Assembly: GCA_965368915.1 (NCBI GenBank) | Contig: CBDUOT010000001.1 | Span: forward strand, 672 to 64,671 | Source: an uncultured Rhodobacterales bacterium | Lineage (GTDB): Bacteria > Pseudomonadota > Alphaproteobacteria > Rhodobacterales > Rhodobacteraceae | Length of the DNA stretch: 64,000 nt | Direction: 5' to 3' | Shown here: in pieces, positions 40,032-49,089 of the stretch | Layout: every line of letters begins with the position of its first letter | Position numbering within the stretch: the stretch's first letter is position 1 | Notes under the pieces: generated by a model | What the model saw: the letters and a program-made list of their open reading frames with translations, nothing else | The model's database searches: none | What the model was told of the DNA's origin: nothing | Translations under genes and position numbers: made by a program

Positions 40032-41702
40032 ATGCCTATGGGAGAGAAATCGATGATCGACGACACCAAAACGGGCCGACTGCATCCGGCTGCGCCGCGT
40101 TATGCCGGGGAAGTGCAGGACGGTACGCTCAGCCGCCGCGAGTTCTTGACGCGGGTTTCGGCTCTGGGCGTATCGACCGCTGCCGCTTACGGCCTTCTTG
40201 GCCTTGAGGCTCCGGCCATCGCTCAGGAAGCGGGCACCCCAGGCGGCACGCTTCGCGTGCAGATGGAGACCAAGGGTCTCAAGGATCCCCGCACCTATGA
40301 CTGGGCCGAGATGGCCAACTTCAGCCGCGGCTGGCTCGAGTATCTCGTCGAGTACAACAACGACGGCTCGATCCGCGGCATGCTGCTGGAAAGCTGGGAG
40401 GTAAATGAGGACGCGACCGAATACACTCTCAACATCCGCAAGGGTGTGAAGTGGAACAACGGCGACGACTTCACCGCCGAGGATGTGGCCAACAACATCG
40501 CCCGCTGGTGCGACAAGTCGGTCGAAGGCAACTCCATGGCGGCGCGCATGGAAAGCCTGATCGATGCCGAGACCGGACAGGCGCGGGAAGGCGGGATCAC
40601 GGTCGTCGATCCGCATACCGTAAAGCTGGTGCTCGGCAGACCCGACATCACGATCGTTCCGGGCATGGCCGACTACCCGGCCGCGATCGTGCATTCGAGC
40701 TATGATGGTGGCGACCCGGCGGCGAACCCGATCGGCACCGGGCCCTACCTGCCGGATACCAACGAGGTCGGCGTCACGCAGGTTCTGGTTCGCAACGCCG
40801 ATCACACCTGGTGGGGCACCGATGTCTATGGCGGCCCCTATCTCGACCAGATCGAGTACATCGATCTCGGCACCGACCCGTCATCTTTCCTGGCCGCGGC
40901 CGACTCAGAGGAAATCGACGCGACCCACCGCACCGACACCGATTTCGTCGAGATTTTCGACGGCATCGGCTGGACCCGGACGGAAGCCACCACCGCCAAC
41001 ACGATCACTGTGCGCTTCAATCAGGATTCCGAACCCTACAACGACATCAAGGTGCGCAAGGCGATCCAGATGGCCGTCGACAATGCCGTGGTTCTAGAAC
41101 TCGGTTACGCCAATCTCGGCACACTGGGGGAAAACCACCATGTCTGCCCGATTCACCCGGAATATGCCGAACTTCCGCCTCTGGCAGTCGATCCGGCCGC
41201 GGCGAAGGCGATGCTGGACGAGGCGGGCCACGGCGACACCGAGTTCGAACTGATCTCGGTCGATGACGGCTGGCAGGCGGCGACCTGCGATGCCGTTGCG
41301 GGGCAGATGCGCGACGCGGGCATGAACGTGACGCGAAAGGTCCTGCCCGGGGCGACCTTCTGGAACGACTGGACCAAGCATCCGTTCTCGGCCACGGACT
41401 GGAACATGCGCCCGCTCGGCGTTCAGGTTCTGTCGCTCGCCTACACGTCGGGCGCTGCCTGGAACGAGACCGCCTTCCGCAATGCTGAGTTCGACGCGCT
41501 TCTCGCCGAGGCAATGTCGATCGCGGATGCGGATGCGCGGCGCGAGGTAATGGCCAAGATCGAGAAGCTGCTTCAGGACGAGGGCGTGCTGATTCAGCCC
41601 TACTGGCGATCCGTCTTCAACCACCATCGCGAATACGTCCGCGGCATGCAGATTCACGCGACGATGGAACACCACCATTACAAGTGGTGGATCGAAGCCT
41701 GA
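40032..41702 (+). CDS. Orphan ABC transporter substrate-binding protein, family 5, with twin-arginine signal
   Basis: From ATG 40032, the Tat motif is [24 protein letters not shown] and the rest follows the SBP_bac_5 pattern. No permease or ATPase gene is adjacent. The start is ambiguous among ATGs at 40032, 40038 and 40053. Confidence 0.8.
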   Translation: MPMGEKSMIDDTKTGRLHPAAPRYAGEVQDGTLSRREFLTRVSALGVSTAAAYGLLGLEAPAIAQEAGTPGGTLRVQMETKGLKDPRTYDWAEMANFSRGWLEYLVEYNNDGSIRGMLLESWEVNEDATEYTLNIRKGVKWNNGDDFTAEDVANNIARWCDKSVEGNSMAARMESLIDAETGQAREGGITVVDPHTVKLVLGRPDITIVPGMADYPAAIVHSSYDGGDPAANPIGTGPYLPDTNEVGVTQVLVRNADHTWWGTDVYGGPYLDQIEYIDLGTDPSSFLAAADSEEIDATHRTDTDFVEIFDGIGWTRTEATTANTITVRFNQDSEPYNDIKVRKAIQMAVDNAVVLELGYANLGTLGENHHVCPIHPEYAELPPLAVDPAAAKAMLDEAGHGDTEFELISVDDGWQAATCDAVAGQMRDAGMNVTRKVLPGATFWNDWTKHPFSATDWNMRPLGVQVLSLAYTSGAAWNETAFRNAEFDALLAEAMSIADADARREVMAKIEKLLQDEGVLIQPYWRSVFNHHREYVRGMQIHATMEHHHYKWWIEA

Positions 41703-41887
41703 TCAAGGCAGAGAGGCGCGGGGTTCGCTCCGCGCCTCGACATGAATTCGGCCAGAACACCCAGTCGCCCAGTTCGGGGCCGAAATGACGGTACCGGAAC
41801 AGGATGAGTGGCAAGCATTAGCCTGCGCGCGCATTTGTGAACACGATAGGTCTCGACTCCCAGCGCGATTTTCGCGAGTCGGAGGTT

Positions 41888-42256
41888 ATGCGATTGGCCC
41901 GATCCTTGTTTCTCGTGCTCTTGGTCCTCACCATTCTGCCTTGGGGAGCATACGCCGCTGCGTTCTCTGCGAGCGGCTCGAGCAAGGCATTCGGGGTCTA
42001 CACTTTCGCGCGGCCTCACGCCGCTTCTGATGATCAGGCGGTTCTCCCCTCCCCCGATACGGTGAAGGTCTTCGTCAAGAAGAAGTGCCGCACCGCCAAC
42101 CTGCCCGGATCGGCCTGCGGGCTAGACATCGCCTTGAACGCATCGGCGCAGCCTCCAGCATACAGTGCCTCGACGCCCATTCAGCGCGCCGCAGACGGCT
42201 GGGGCGCGACCGGGCTTTCCCAGGCGCCGCCCGGCGACCCTCCCCGATCCTTCTGA
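41888..42256 (+). CDS. Hypothetical secreted protein
   Basis: The internal Met gives MRLARSLFLVLLVLTILPWGAYAAAF, a signal peptide. 122 aa, two cysteines, and an Ala/Pro-rich tail. I recognise no family. Confidence 0.4.
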   Translation: MRLARSLFLVLLVLTILPWGAYAAAFSASGSSKAFGVYTFARPHAASDDQAVLPSPDTVKVFVKKKCRTANLPGSACGLDIALNASAQPPAYSASTPIQRAADGWGATGLSQAPPGDPPRSF

Positions 42257-42309
42257 CCGGACACGCGGCGCCTCGCGCCAATCCCGTTCAGAACGAAAAG
42301 GAACACCCC

Positions 42310-43014
42310 ATGCTGACCAGACGCAGATTCGTCGCCCTTGGGGCGATTGCCGGACTTTCCGCCTGTGCCGCGCCTCAGGACGCAGACGTGGCCCGCGCCG
42401 TCGCCACGCCACCCGAACCGGCCTATCCCCCCTTGCCGGACTTCTATGCCGCGATCACCGACGAGCCCTATCCGATCCCGGCGATTCCGGAAGGCGTCCT
42501 GCCGCCTGAATACTGGCGTCAGCCAGTCGCCAACCCGTGGCCCGAACATCCGCACGGCACGATCGTGGTCGATCCCGATGCGGCCATGCTTCACTTCATC
42601 GACACGCCAGAGCGGGCGATCCGCTACGGCGTCAGCGTCGGCGCAGCCGGATTCGGTTGGGCGGGCACCGCGAGGCTTCAGTTCATGCGCAAATGGCCGC
42701 GCTGGAACGTTCCCGATACCATGATCGCGCGGCGACCGGAGCTTGAGCCCTATTCAGTCGCCAATGGTGGCATGGATCCGGGGCCGGACAACCCGCTGGG
42801 CGCGCGCGCGCTCTACCTCTTTCAGAACGGGGTCGACACGCTTTACCGCATCCACGGCGACGCCGTTCCACGGGAACTCGGACAGGCGGTGTCGTCAGGA
42901 TGCATCCGGATGCTCGACCAGGATGTCATCGACCTTTACGACCGCGCAGTTCACGGTGCGTCGGTGATCGTCCTGCCTTCGATGAAGCCGGAGGGGTTGG
43001 CTCAACTCTACTGA
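42310..43014 (+). CDS. L,D-transpeptidase (YkuD domain) lipoprotein
   Basis: ATG 42310 gives MLTRRRFVALGAIAGLSACAAP (Tat-like signal plus lipobox). The catalytic motif is HGDAVPRELGQAVSSGCIRM. The track ORF from 42085 is over-extended. Confidence 0.85.
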   Translation: MLTRRRFVALGAIAGLSACAAPQDADVARAVATPPEPAYPPLPDFYAAITDEPYPIPAIPEGVLPPEYWRQPVANPWPEHPHGTIVVDPDAAMLHFIDTPERAIRYGVSVGAAGFGWAGTARLQFMRKWPRWNVPDTMIARRPELEPYSVANGGMDPGPDNPLGARALYLFQNGVDTLYRIHGDAVPRELGQAVSSGCIRMLDQDVIDLYDRAVHGASVIVLPSMKPEGLAQLY

Positions 43015-43066
43015 GCACGGCTCGGACCGCCGATACTCCCTCGCATGGTCAGGCCTTGGCCAAAAG

Positions 43067-43094
43067 GAAAGGGCCGCCCCAGGGCGGCCCTTTC
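43067..43094. terminator. Bidirectional rho-independent-type hairpin between the convergent ldt and hup genes
   Basis: 12-bp perfect stem GAAAGGGCCGCC / GGCGGCCCTTTC with loop CCAG. The flanking A-run and T-run give a U-tail on both strands, best on the minus strand after hup. Confidence 0.7.
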
Positions 43095-43133
43095 TGCAAT
43101 CCATTGGTGCGCCGCAAGCGGCGTCTGGCAGCC

Positions 43134-43421
43134 TCAGCCGTTCACGCTGTCCTTCAGCGCTTTGGCGATCGAGACTTTCACGACCTTGTCGGCAGCTTTC
43201 ATCATCGTCTCGCCGGTGGCCGGGTTGCGGACCTGGCGTTCGGGACGGGCGCGGCACTGAACCTTGCCAATTCCGGGCAGCGTGACGGCGCCGCCGGCAG
43301 CCACTTCGCGGGTCACCACGGCCGAGATGGCGTCGAGCGCCGCAGAGGCCACTTTTTTATCCGACCCCATTTCTTCGGCCAGGCTGGCAACAAGCTGGGT
43401 CTTGGTCATCGGTTTGGACAT
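43134..43421 (-). CDS. hup: HU-family nucleoid-associated DNA-binding protein
   Basis: 95 aa: MTKTQLVASLAEEMGSDKKVASAALDAISAVVTREVAAGGAVTLPGIGKV...RNPATGETM, the canonical HU/IHF arm motif. Confidence 0.92.
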   Translation of the reverse strand: MSKPMTKTQLVASLAEEMGSDKKVASAALDAISAVVTREVAAGGAVTLPGIGKVQCRARPERQVRNPATGETMMKAADKVVKVSIAKALKDSVNG

Positions 43422-43585
43422 GTCTGTCTCCTCACTTTACCCCGTCGGTTGGGGGGTCATTCGCGCTATTAAGCGTCATGTTGTGTTGCTACACAACGTT
43501 TTGTGGCATGTGGCAAGTGATTTTCAGCGAAAAATGGCGATTTTCCGCGCTTCGTGGCCCATGACCCGGTGAATTTCGTAGATTC

Positions 43586-45067
43586 TCAGAGAAAAGCGGT
43601 CTCTTCGAAGCTGCGTAGCTTACGACTGTGTATGCGTTCAAGCGGCATTTCCCGCAACCGCTCCATCGCGCGAACACCGATCAAAAGGTGGCGCGAAACC
43701 TGTGTGCGGTAGAATTCGGTCGCCATACCCGGCAGCTTGAGTTCCCCGTGAAGTGGTTTGTCGGACACGCAAAGCAGCGTTCCGTAGGGCACCCGGAAAC
43801 GGAATCCGTTCGCCGCGATCGTGGCGCTTTCCATGTCGAGCGCGATCGCGCGGCTAAGGCTGAGCCGGTGGACGGGTCCGGCCTGGTCGCGCAACTCCCA
43901 GTTCCGGTTGTCGACGGTCGCGACCGTCCCAGTCCGCATGATGCGCTTCAGGTCAAACCCGTCCATATGGGCGACCTCGGCGACTGCCTCTTGCAGAGCG
44001 ATCTGAATTTCGGCAAGCGCGGGGATGGGCACCCAGACGGGCAGATCGTCATCCAGCACCTTGTCTTCGCGAAGGTAGGCGTGGGCGAGCACGAAATCGC
44101 CAAGGCTCTGGCTGTTTCTCAGTCCCGCGCAGTGACCGACCATCATCCACGCATGAGGCCTCAGCACCGCGATATGGTCGGTCGCGGTCTTTGCATTCGA
44201 CGGACCGACCCCGATATTGACCAGCGTGATGCCCTGCCCGCCCCGGCGCTTGAGGTGATAGGACGGCATCTGCGGCATCTTCGCCAGGACCGGAATGTCG
44301 CCGTCAGGCTCCGTGATCTCATGATTGCCGGGCGCGACAAAGGACGTGTAGCCGGACGCGGGGTCGGTCAGCATCTGGCGCGCGAACGTCTCGAACTCGT
44401 CGACGTAGAACTGGTAGTTGGTGAACAGAACGTGGTTCTGGAAATGCTCGGGGCCCGTCGCGGTATAATGCGACAGCCGCGCGAGCGAATAGTCCACGCG
44501 CTGCGCAGTGAACGGTGCCAGATGCCAGGATCCGTCGGGATTTGCCTGCGCCGTACCGTTGACGATGTCGTCGTTGGTGGTCGAAAGATCCGGCACATCG
44601 AAGATATCGCGCAGCGTGAAGTCGAGCACACCCTCTTGCGGGACAGCAACCGCCGGGTTCGACGAGACGGCGAAATGAACGGGGATGGGGGTCGTGCTCG
44701 GTCCGACGACGACGGGAACGCCGTGATTGCGGATCAGGATGCCCAGCTGCTGGATCAAGTAGTTGCGAAACAAATCGGGCCGCGTGATCGTGGCGGCATA
44801 GGTGCCGGGCGCCGCGACATGGCCGAAGCTCAGCCGGCTGTCGGTCTTGGCGTGGCTCGTCGTCGTGATCCGGACCTCCGGATAAAAGGCGCGCATCTGC
44901 GCAGTGGGCCGGGTGCCCGACAAAGCCTTGATGAAACTGTCATGCAGAAACTGGGTCGCCTGAGTGTAAAGCGATTCAAGCCGTGAAACCGCCGCCTCGG
45001 CATCGAGGAAAGCCTCGGGCGCGGCAGCGTCCGGCATCCGGATCGGCAACTGGTCTTGAGCGTTCAT
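43586..45067 (-). CDS. amn: AMP nucleosidase
   Basis: The internal Met (complement of 45065-45067) gives 494 aa. An N-terminal regulatory domain is followed by a PNP/UDP-phosphorylase-like catalytic domain (VNIGVGPSNAKT...MVGHCAGL...ALDMES). The track ORF is extended by 61 codons. Confidence 0.85.
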   Translation of the reverse strand: MNAQDQLPIRMPDAAAPEAFLDAEAAVSRLESLYTQATQFLHDSFIKALSGTRPTAQMRAFYPEVRITTTSHAKTDSRLSFGHVAAPGTYAATITRPDLFRNYLIQQLGILIRNHGVPVVVGPSTTPIPVHFAVSSNPAVAVPQEGVLDFTLRDIFDVPDLSTTNDDIVNGTAQANPDGSWHLAPFTAQRVDYSLARLSHYTATGPEHFQNHVLFTNYQFYVDEFETFARQMLTDPASGYTSFVAPGNHEITEPDGDIPVLAKMPQMPSYHLKRRGGQGITLVNIGVGPSNAKTATDHIAVLRPHAWMMVGHCAGLRNSQSLGDFVLAHAYLREDKVLDDDLPVWVPIPALAEIQIALQEAVAEVAHMDGFDLKRIMRTGTVATVDNRNWELRDQAGPVHRLSLSRAIALDMESATIAANGFRFRVPYGTLLCVSDKPLHGELKLPGMATEFYRTQVSRHLLIGVRAMERLREMPLERIHSRKLRSFEETAFL

Positions 45068-45303
45068 CGGTCGGTTTTCCTGGACGAGGCGGCCTCGCGC
45101 GGAAGCGATCGCCAACGCATGGTTCGACGGTTTTGAGTGTGAAAGACGTTGGTGAACAAGGGGCGCGCGAAATCCATGCCGAAACGTGCCAGATCGCCTT
45201 GCCCGCCGCAAGACCGCGAGGGCTTCGCGACCACTACCCAACGCCGGCACACGATCCGCAAGCTCGCACGCCTTTCTACACCGGGTTCACACGTATAATT
45301 TGT

Positions 45304-46143
45304 TCACGCCTTTCCGGGCTTGCCTGGCCGTTCACGCGGCCCCGGCAGGTACTCGACTCCCCCCGCCTGGCGCAGCGGTTGCGGATAAAGCGTCATCAGC
45401 GTGAGCACCTCGTCGGGCATCTCGGTGGCGACCGGCAGGCCCAGCGCCGCCGCTTCGGCCGCAGGGATGGGGTAGTCGTGCGTCCACGTGCCCGAGGCGA
45501 GCTTCTGCGCCAGCGCTTCCGCTTCCTCCCTCGGCATCCGCACCGCGAGCAGTTCCGTCGCTGCCCGGATCACCTGGTCAAGCGCCTTGCGGCCGACGTC
45601 CGCAAGGATCAGCGTTTCGTCATCGATTTCAGCCACGGGCTTGGCCTCAACGGCCTTTATGATCGACGCCGCGGGAAATTGGCCGATCTGGGGATCGATC
45701 GGACCGAGGACCGAATGCTCACACATAACGATTTCATCGGCCGCAAGCGCGATGAGGGTCCCGCCCGACATCGCGTGATGGGGCACGAAGACCGTGACCT
45801 TACCCTTATGCGCCTCGACCGCCCGCGCGATCTGAAGCGCAGCGAGGACGAGCCCGCCCGGCGTGTGCAGCACGATATCCAGCGGCATGTCGTCATCCGT
45901 CATCCGGATCGCGCGAAGCACGTCCTCGCTGTCCTGAATGTCGATGTAGCGGACGATCGGAAAGCCCAGAAGCCGCATCGTTTCCTGCCGGTGCACCATC
46001 ACGATCACACGGCTCCCGCGCTTCTTCTGGATGCGCGAGATCATCGAAAGCCGCTGCATGTCGGTCAGCTTGCGCGCGAACATCGGCTGCAGCATCGACA
46101 TGATCACGAGAAACCAGAGGAGGTCCGAGACCGAGAAGTCCAT
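45304..46143 (-). CDS. SDH-family ClpP-fold serine protease, membrane anchored
   Basis: 279 aa. N-terminal TM LLWFLVIMSMLQPMF, then ...IVLHTPGGLVLAALQIARAV...VPHHAMSGGTLIALAADEIVM, the ClpP/crotonase-fold Ser protease pattern of PF01972. Confidence 0.65.
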   Translation of the reverse strand: MDFSVSDLLWFLVIMSMLQPMFARKLTDMQRLSMISRIQKKRGSRVIVMVHRQETMRLLGFPIVRYIDIQDSEDVLRAIRMTDDDMPLDIVLHTPGGLVLAALQIARAVEAHKGKVTVFVPHHAMSGGTLIALAADEIVMCEHSVLGPIDPQIGQFPAASIIKAVEAKPVAEIDDETLILADVGRKALDQVIRAATELLAVRMPREEAEALAQKLASGTWTHDYPIPAAEAAALGLPVATEMPDEVLTLMTLYPQPLRQAGGVEYLPGPRERPGKPGKA

Positions 46144-46146
46144 AGC

Positions 46147-46446
46147 TTAACCTTTCGTCTCGGATGCGCGGGCGCGATCCGTATGGCCGAGATCGCGGCC
46201 CGGGTCGAGCACGTCGCGCACGCGCTGCTTCAGAACCGCGGCATCGGGGAACCCGCCGTCAGCCTTCCGCTCCCAGATGAGACGGTCGTCCAGCCGGATC
46301 TCGAAGATACCGCCAGTGCCCGGGATCAGCGTGACGCCGCCGAGGTCTTCGCCGAAGGTCGACAGCAGTTCCTGCGCCATCCAACCGGCGCGGAGAAGCC
46401 AGTTGCACTGGCGGCAATACTGGATGGAAATAACCTTATCGCTCAT
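46147..46446 (-). CDS. Rdx-family (SelW/SelT/SelH-like) thioredoxin-fold protein, Cys form
   Basis: The internal Met gives the 99-aa protein MSDKVISIQYCRQCNWLLRAGWMAQELL..., with the N-terminal CxxC redox motif typical of the Rdx family. Its stop is 3 nt from the protease start. The track ORF (to 46698) is over-extended. Confidence 0.7.
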   Translation of the reverse strand: MSDKVISIQYCRQCNWLLRAGWMAQELLSTFGEDLGGVTLIPGTGGIFEIRLDDRLIWERKADGGFPDAAVLKQRVRDVLDPGRDLGHTDRARASETKG

Positions 46447-46704
46447 GGCACACCCCGCTTTCGGGACGCCATTTGGCCATTGCGGCGACCTCATGCCAAG
46501 CGTGAATGTATTTTGAGCAATTCGCAACAAAGTTGCCGGATGAGGTCGTTTGAAAGCGATTCCGCCACGAGAGCCGCGGTTTTCTGCCGCACAAGGCGTT
46601 GGAATCAATGGCGTGAACGCTTCGATTCTGGCATTGTTGGCGTGGACATGTGGGGATCCGCGTCCGCGGCTCTCCTGCGAATTGTGACCGGAAGGCAATA
46701 GCTA

Positions 46705-46944
46705 ATGAGCAAGACTTTTTTCAGCATCACCATTTTTGCACTCGCGTTCGCGATCCTCCCCGATCCGGCGATGGCCTATATCGGACCCGGCGTGGGCGCA
46801 GGCGCAATCGCCGCGGTCATCGGCGTGCTCGGCTCCATCTTTCTCGCGATCGTCGCGGTTCTCTACTATCCGATCAAGCGGATGATGAAGGGCCGCAAGG
46901 CACGCGCGGAAAAGGCATCGCAGCCCAACAATCCAGCCGAGTAA
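46705..46944 (+). CDS. Small membrane protein (79 aa), unknown function
   Basis: High GC3 codon usage. A signal-like N-terminus ...LPDPAMA is followed by YIGPGVGAGAIAAVIGVLGSIFLAIVAVLYY (TM helix) and a basic tail KRMMKGRKARAEK. Confidence 0.55.
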   Translation: MSKTFFSITIFALAFAILPDPAMAYIGPGVGAGAIAAVIGVLGSIFLAIVAVLYYPIKRMMKGRKARAEKASQPNNPAE

Positions 46945-47316
46945 ATGGTCTGGATCTTCGCTCTGGTTGCCGCGGTTCTCGCGAGTGAGGCGTTTCTTCG
47001 CCTTCCTCTTATCCCTGTCATCCGCCGCGTCACCGAGACGTCTCGCAAATCCGGTCGCGTGCTGACCTCCAAACGCATTTCGGATCACTGGAAGGAAAAG
47101 ATCCTTCCGTCTTACGCTTGGGTAATCGGCAAAGGGTCTCTGCAATTCTTCGGCATGCTCTGCCTCGCGCTCCTGCCCGTCGTCGCGCTCGGCCTGATCT
47201 TTCCGGGCGGGATGTCGGCCTGGGCAGAGGCGCTGATGCGGCCTGCGGTGATCGCAGTCCTCTGCGTTGCATCCATCCTTTACGTCTGGCTCAGGCTTAA
47301 GGTGGCGCGTGCCTGA
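46945..47316 (+). CDS. Membrane protein (123 aa), unknown function
   Basis: The ATG follows directly after the TAA of the preceding ORF. Three predicted hydrophobic helices. Its end overlaps the sulfotransferase start by 8 nt. Confidence 0.5.
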   Translation: MVWIFALVAAVLASEAFLRLPLIPVIRRVTETSRKSGRVLTSKRISDHWKEKILPSYAWVIGKGSLQFFGMLCLALLPVVALGLIFPGGMSAWAEALMRPAVIAVLCVASILYVWLRLKVARA

Positions 47317-48358
47317 CTACTCAACGCTCGACCGTATCCTGCATCGCATGGCGCTTGCCTCGCCCATCCGGGCCGAGATGATGCACGATATGGAGCGCGG
47401 GATGTACCTGAAACGCGCGCCCAAGGATAACGGCCAGCATGTCTTCGTCACCGGGCTTGCACGCGCGGGAACGACCATTCTCATGCGCGAAATTCACCGG
47501 ACGGGCGCGTTCGGGTCGCTCACCTATGCCGACATGCCCTTCGTTCTTGCGCCAAATCTCTGGGCGAAGCTCAGCCGCAAAGGCCAGACGCCGGGCCAGA
47601 AGGCCGAGCGCGCCCATGGCGACGGGATCGAGGTCGATACCCAAAGCCCCGAGGCGCTTGACGAGGTCTATTGGCGCGTCTTCGACGGAAAGGCCTATAT
47701 CGGCGCGCACGGGCTTTCGCCGCACGATCCCTCGGACGAACTCATCGACGGATACCGCGACCTCATCCGGTTGGTGCTTCTGAAGACCGACCGGCCGCGC
47801 TACGTCTCGAAGAACAACAACAACATCCTGAGGCTTCGGTCGCTTGCCCGCGCGATGCCCGAGTCGCAATTCCTCGTCCCGCTGCGCCAGCCGCTGTCGC
47901 ATGCCGCGAGCCTTCTTGGCCAGCATCGCCGGTTCCGCGACGCCGATCCGTTCACGCGCGACTACATGAAATGGCTCGGCCACCACGAATTCGGGGCAAC
48001 CCATCGGCCATTCCTGTTCAACGGACGTCCCGAGGGCGATCCGGACGGCATGGATTACTGGCTCAGGACCTGGATCGCCGCCTACTCCTCGCTCGACCGC
48101 GCAGAGGCAGAGGCCAGGAATGTCTGCTTCGTGCCGTATGAGGCTCTGTCAGCCGACCCCGCGGTCTGGCGGGCCGTCGCACGCCGGATCGGGCTGGACG
48201 CGGGCCCCGCCACGGAACTCCGGCCCGTCGGCGACAAGGAACCCGAAACGCACGACCCCGACCTCGCCCGACAAGCCACCGAACTGCATGCCCGGCTTGA
48301 GGCGCGCGGTTTCGCGGCGCTGTCACCGGGGGCCTCTGAAAAAGGCGCGGCGTCCTGA
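47309..48358 (+). CDS. Sulfotransferase-family protein
   Basis: A GTG 47309 start gives (M)PDYSTLDRILHRMALAS.... The PAPS 5'-phosphosulfate-binding loop is VFVTGLARAGTTILMREI, and a later SKNNNNILRL segment fits the 3'-phosphate-binding region. ~349 aa. Confidence 0.65.
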   Translation: MPDYSTLDRILHRMALASPIRAEMMHDMERGMYLKRAPKDNGQHVFVTGLARAGTTILMREIHRTGAFGSLTYADMPFVLAPNLWAKLSRKGQTPGQKAERAHGDGIEVDTQSPEALDEVYWRVFDGKAYIGAHGLSPHDPSDELIDGYRDLIRLVLLKTDRPRYVSKNNNNILRLRSLARAMPESQFLVPLRQPLSHAASLLGQHRRFRDADPFTRDYMKWLGHHEFGATHRPFLFNGRPEGDPDGMDYWLRTWIAAYSSLDRAEAEARNVCFVPYEALSADPAVWRAVARRIGLDAGPATELRPVGDKEPETHDPDLARQATELHARLEARGFAALSPGASEKGAAS

Positions 48359-48381
48359 CCGTAGTGACCTGATGGCCCTGT

Positions 48382-49011
48382 TCAGGTCTTGAGGAAGCTC
48401 ACGATCCACCCGATGTCGTCGCGATGCTCACCCTCCGCTCCCTGTCCATAAATGCGGAACGGTTCGGTCTTGAACCGGGCGATTCGGTCCCCGAGTCCGG
48501 CAAAGTAAGCAGCGAACCCGGCGGCATCGTAAAAGGCGCTGTGCACCGTGACGGCGAAAATCCCGCCGGGTCTGGTCACACGCAGCAGTTCATCGAACGC
48601 TTCAGGCCCGACATGCCCGGTCGTGAAGGTGCCCGCACTGACGCAGCCAGCATAGACCGCATCGCCAATATCAATCTTCCGGGTCAGATTGGCCTCGATC
48701 GTGGCGCGATAGACACCTTTGGCCCTCGCCGCCTCCAGCATCTCTGCCGATATGTCGAGCGCATCGACCGGCCCGATCCCCTCATGCGCCAGCGCTTCGC
48801 CGACAAGCCCCGTTCCCGCGCCCACGTCCAGAACCGGCCCTGCTCCGCCCAATAGCGCGTAGGCCCCCGCGATCACCGCCGGACTGCGGTAGTGCATCGC
48901 CTCGGCGAAATCCTGATCGTAGCTTGTCGCCCAGTCGCGATAGTAGCGCACAGAGTCCTCGGGCGTTCGCAACTGGTAGGCGCTGTCGAGATCATGTTCG
49001 TTATCTTCCAT
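48382..49011 (-). CDS. Class I SAM-dependent methyltransferase
   Basis: The internal Met (complement of 49009-49011) gives 209 aa. Motif I is VLDVGAGTGLVGEAL. The track ORF is over-extended. Confidence 0.75.
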   Translation of the reverse strand: MEDNEHDLDSAYQLRTPEDSVRYYRDWATSYDQDFAEAMHYRSPAVIAGAYALLGGAGPVLDVGAGTGLVGEALAHEGIGPVDALDISAEMLEAARAKGVYRATIEANLTRKIDIGDAVYAGCVSAGTFTTGHVGPEAFDELLRVTRPGGIFAVTVHSAFYDAAGFAAYFAGLGDRIARFKTEPFRIYGQGAEGEHRDDIGWIVSFLKT

Positions 49012-49089
49012 GTCCCCATCCCGCCATGCCCGGGCCGAAGGGTCAATACGCCCCTTGCACGCCCCGGCGGCAGTCGGGATAGTCCATCC

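Noticed and set aside
39602-40069. 155-aa minus-strand ORF spanning the katE 3' end and the intergenic region (internal MKKRDMPPIVPGGWFEKKRTKRG...)
   Set aside because: It overlaps katE, has no recognisable family, and shows poor coding character. The CCCGCTG-GGC-CAGCGGG hairpin at 39790-39806 is more likely a katE transcript-end structure.
39828-40805. 325-aa minus-strand ORF
   Set aside because: It is antisense to the Tat-signal substrate-binding protein gene and the upstream intergenic region, with no motifs.
46147-46446. Possible selenoprotein recoding in the SelW-like gene
   Set aside because: The redox motif is CRQC, encoded by ordinary Cys codons. There is no in-frame TGA and no SECIS-like hairpin is needed.
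46486-46548. 9-bp inverted repeat CGACCTCAT ... ATGAGGTCG with a 45-nt spacer in the Rdx / sulfotransferase-operon divergent region
   Set aside because: The loop is long and I cannot assess conservation. It could be chance in a 258-bp spacer. I note it but do not call it a feature.
43628-46701. Plus-strand ORFs of 452 aa and 572 aa (43628-44986 and 44983-46701)
   Set aside because: They are antisense to amn, the SDH-family protease and the Rdx gene. They have no domain signatures, and the minus-strand genes have clear family motifs.
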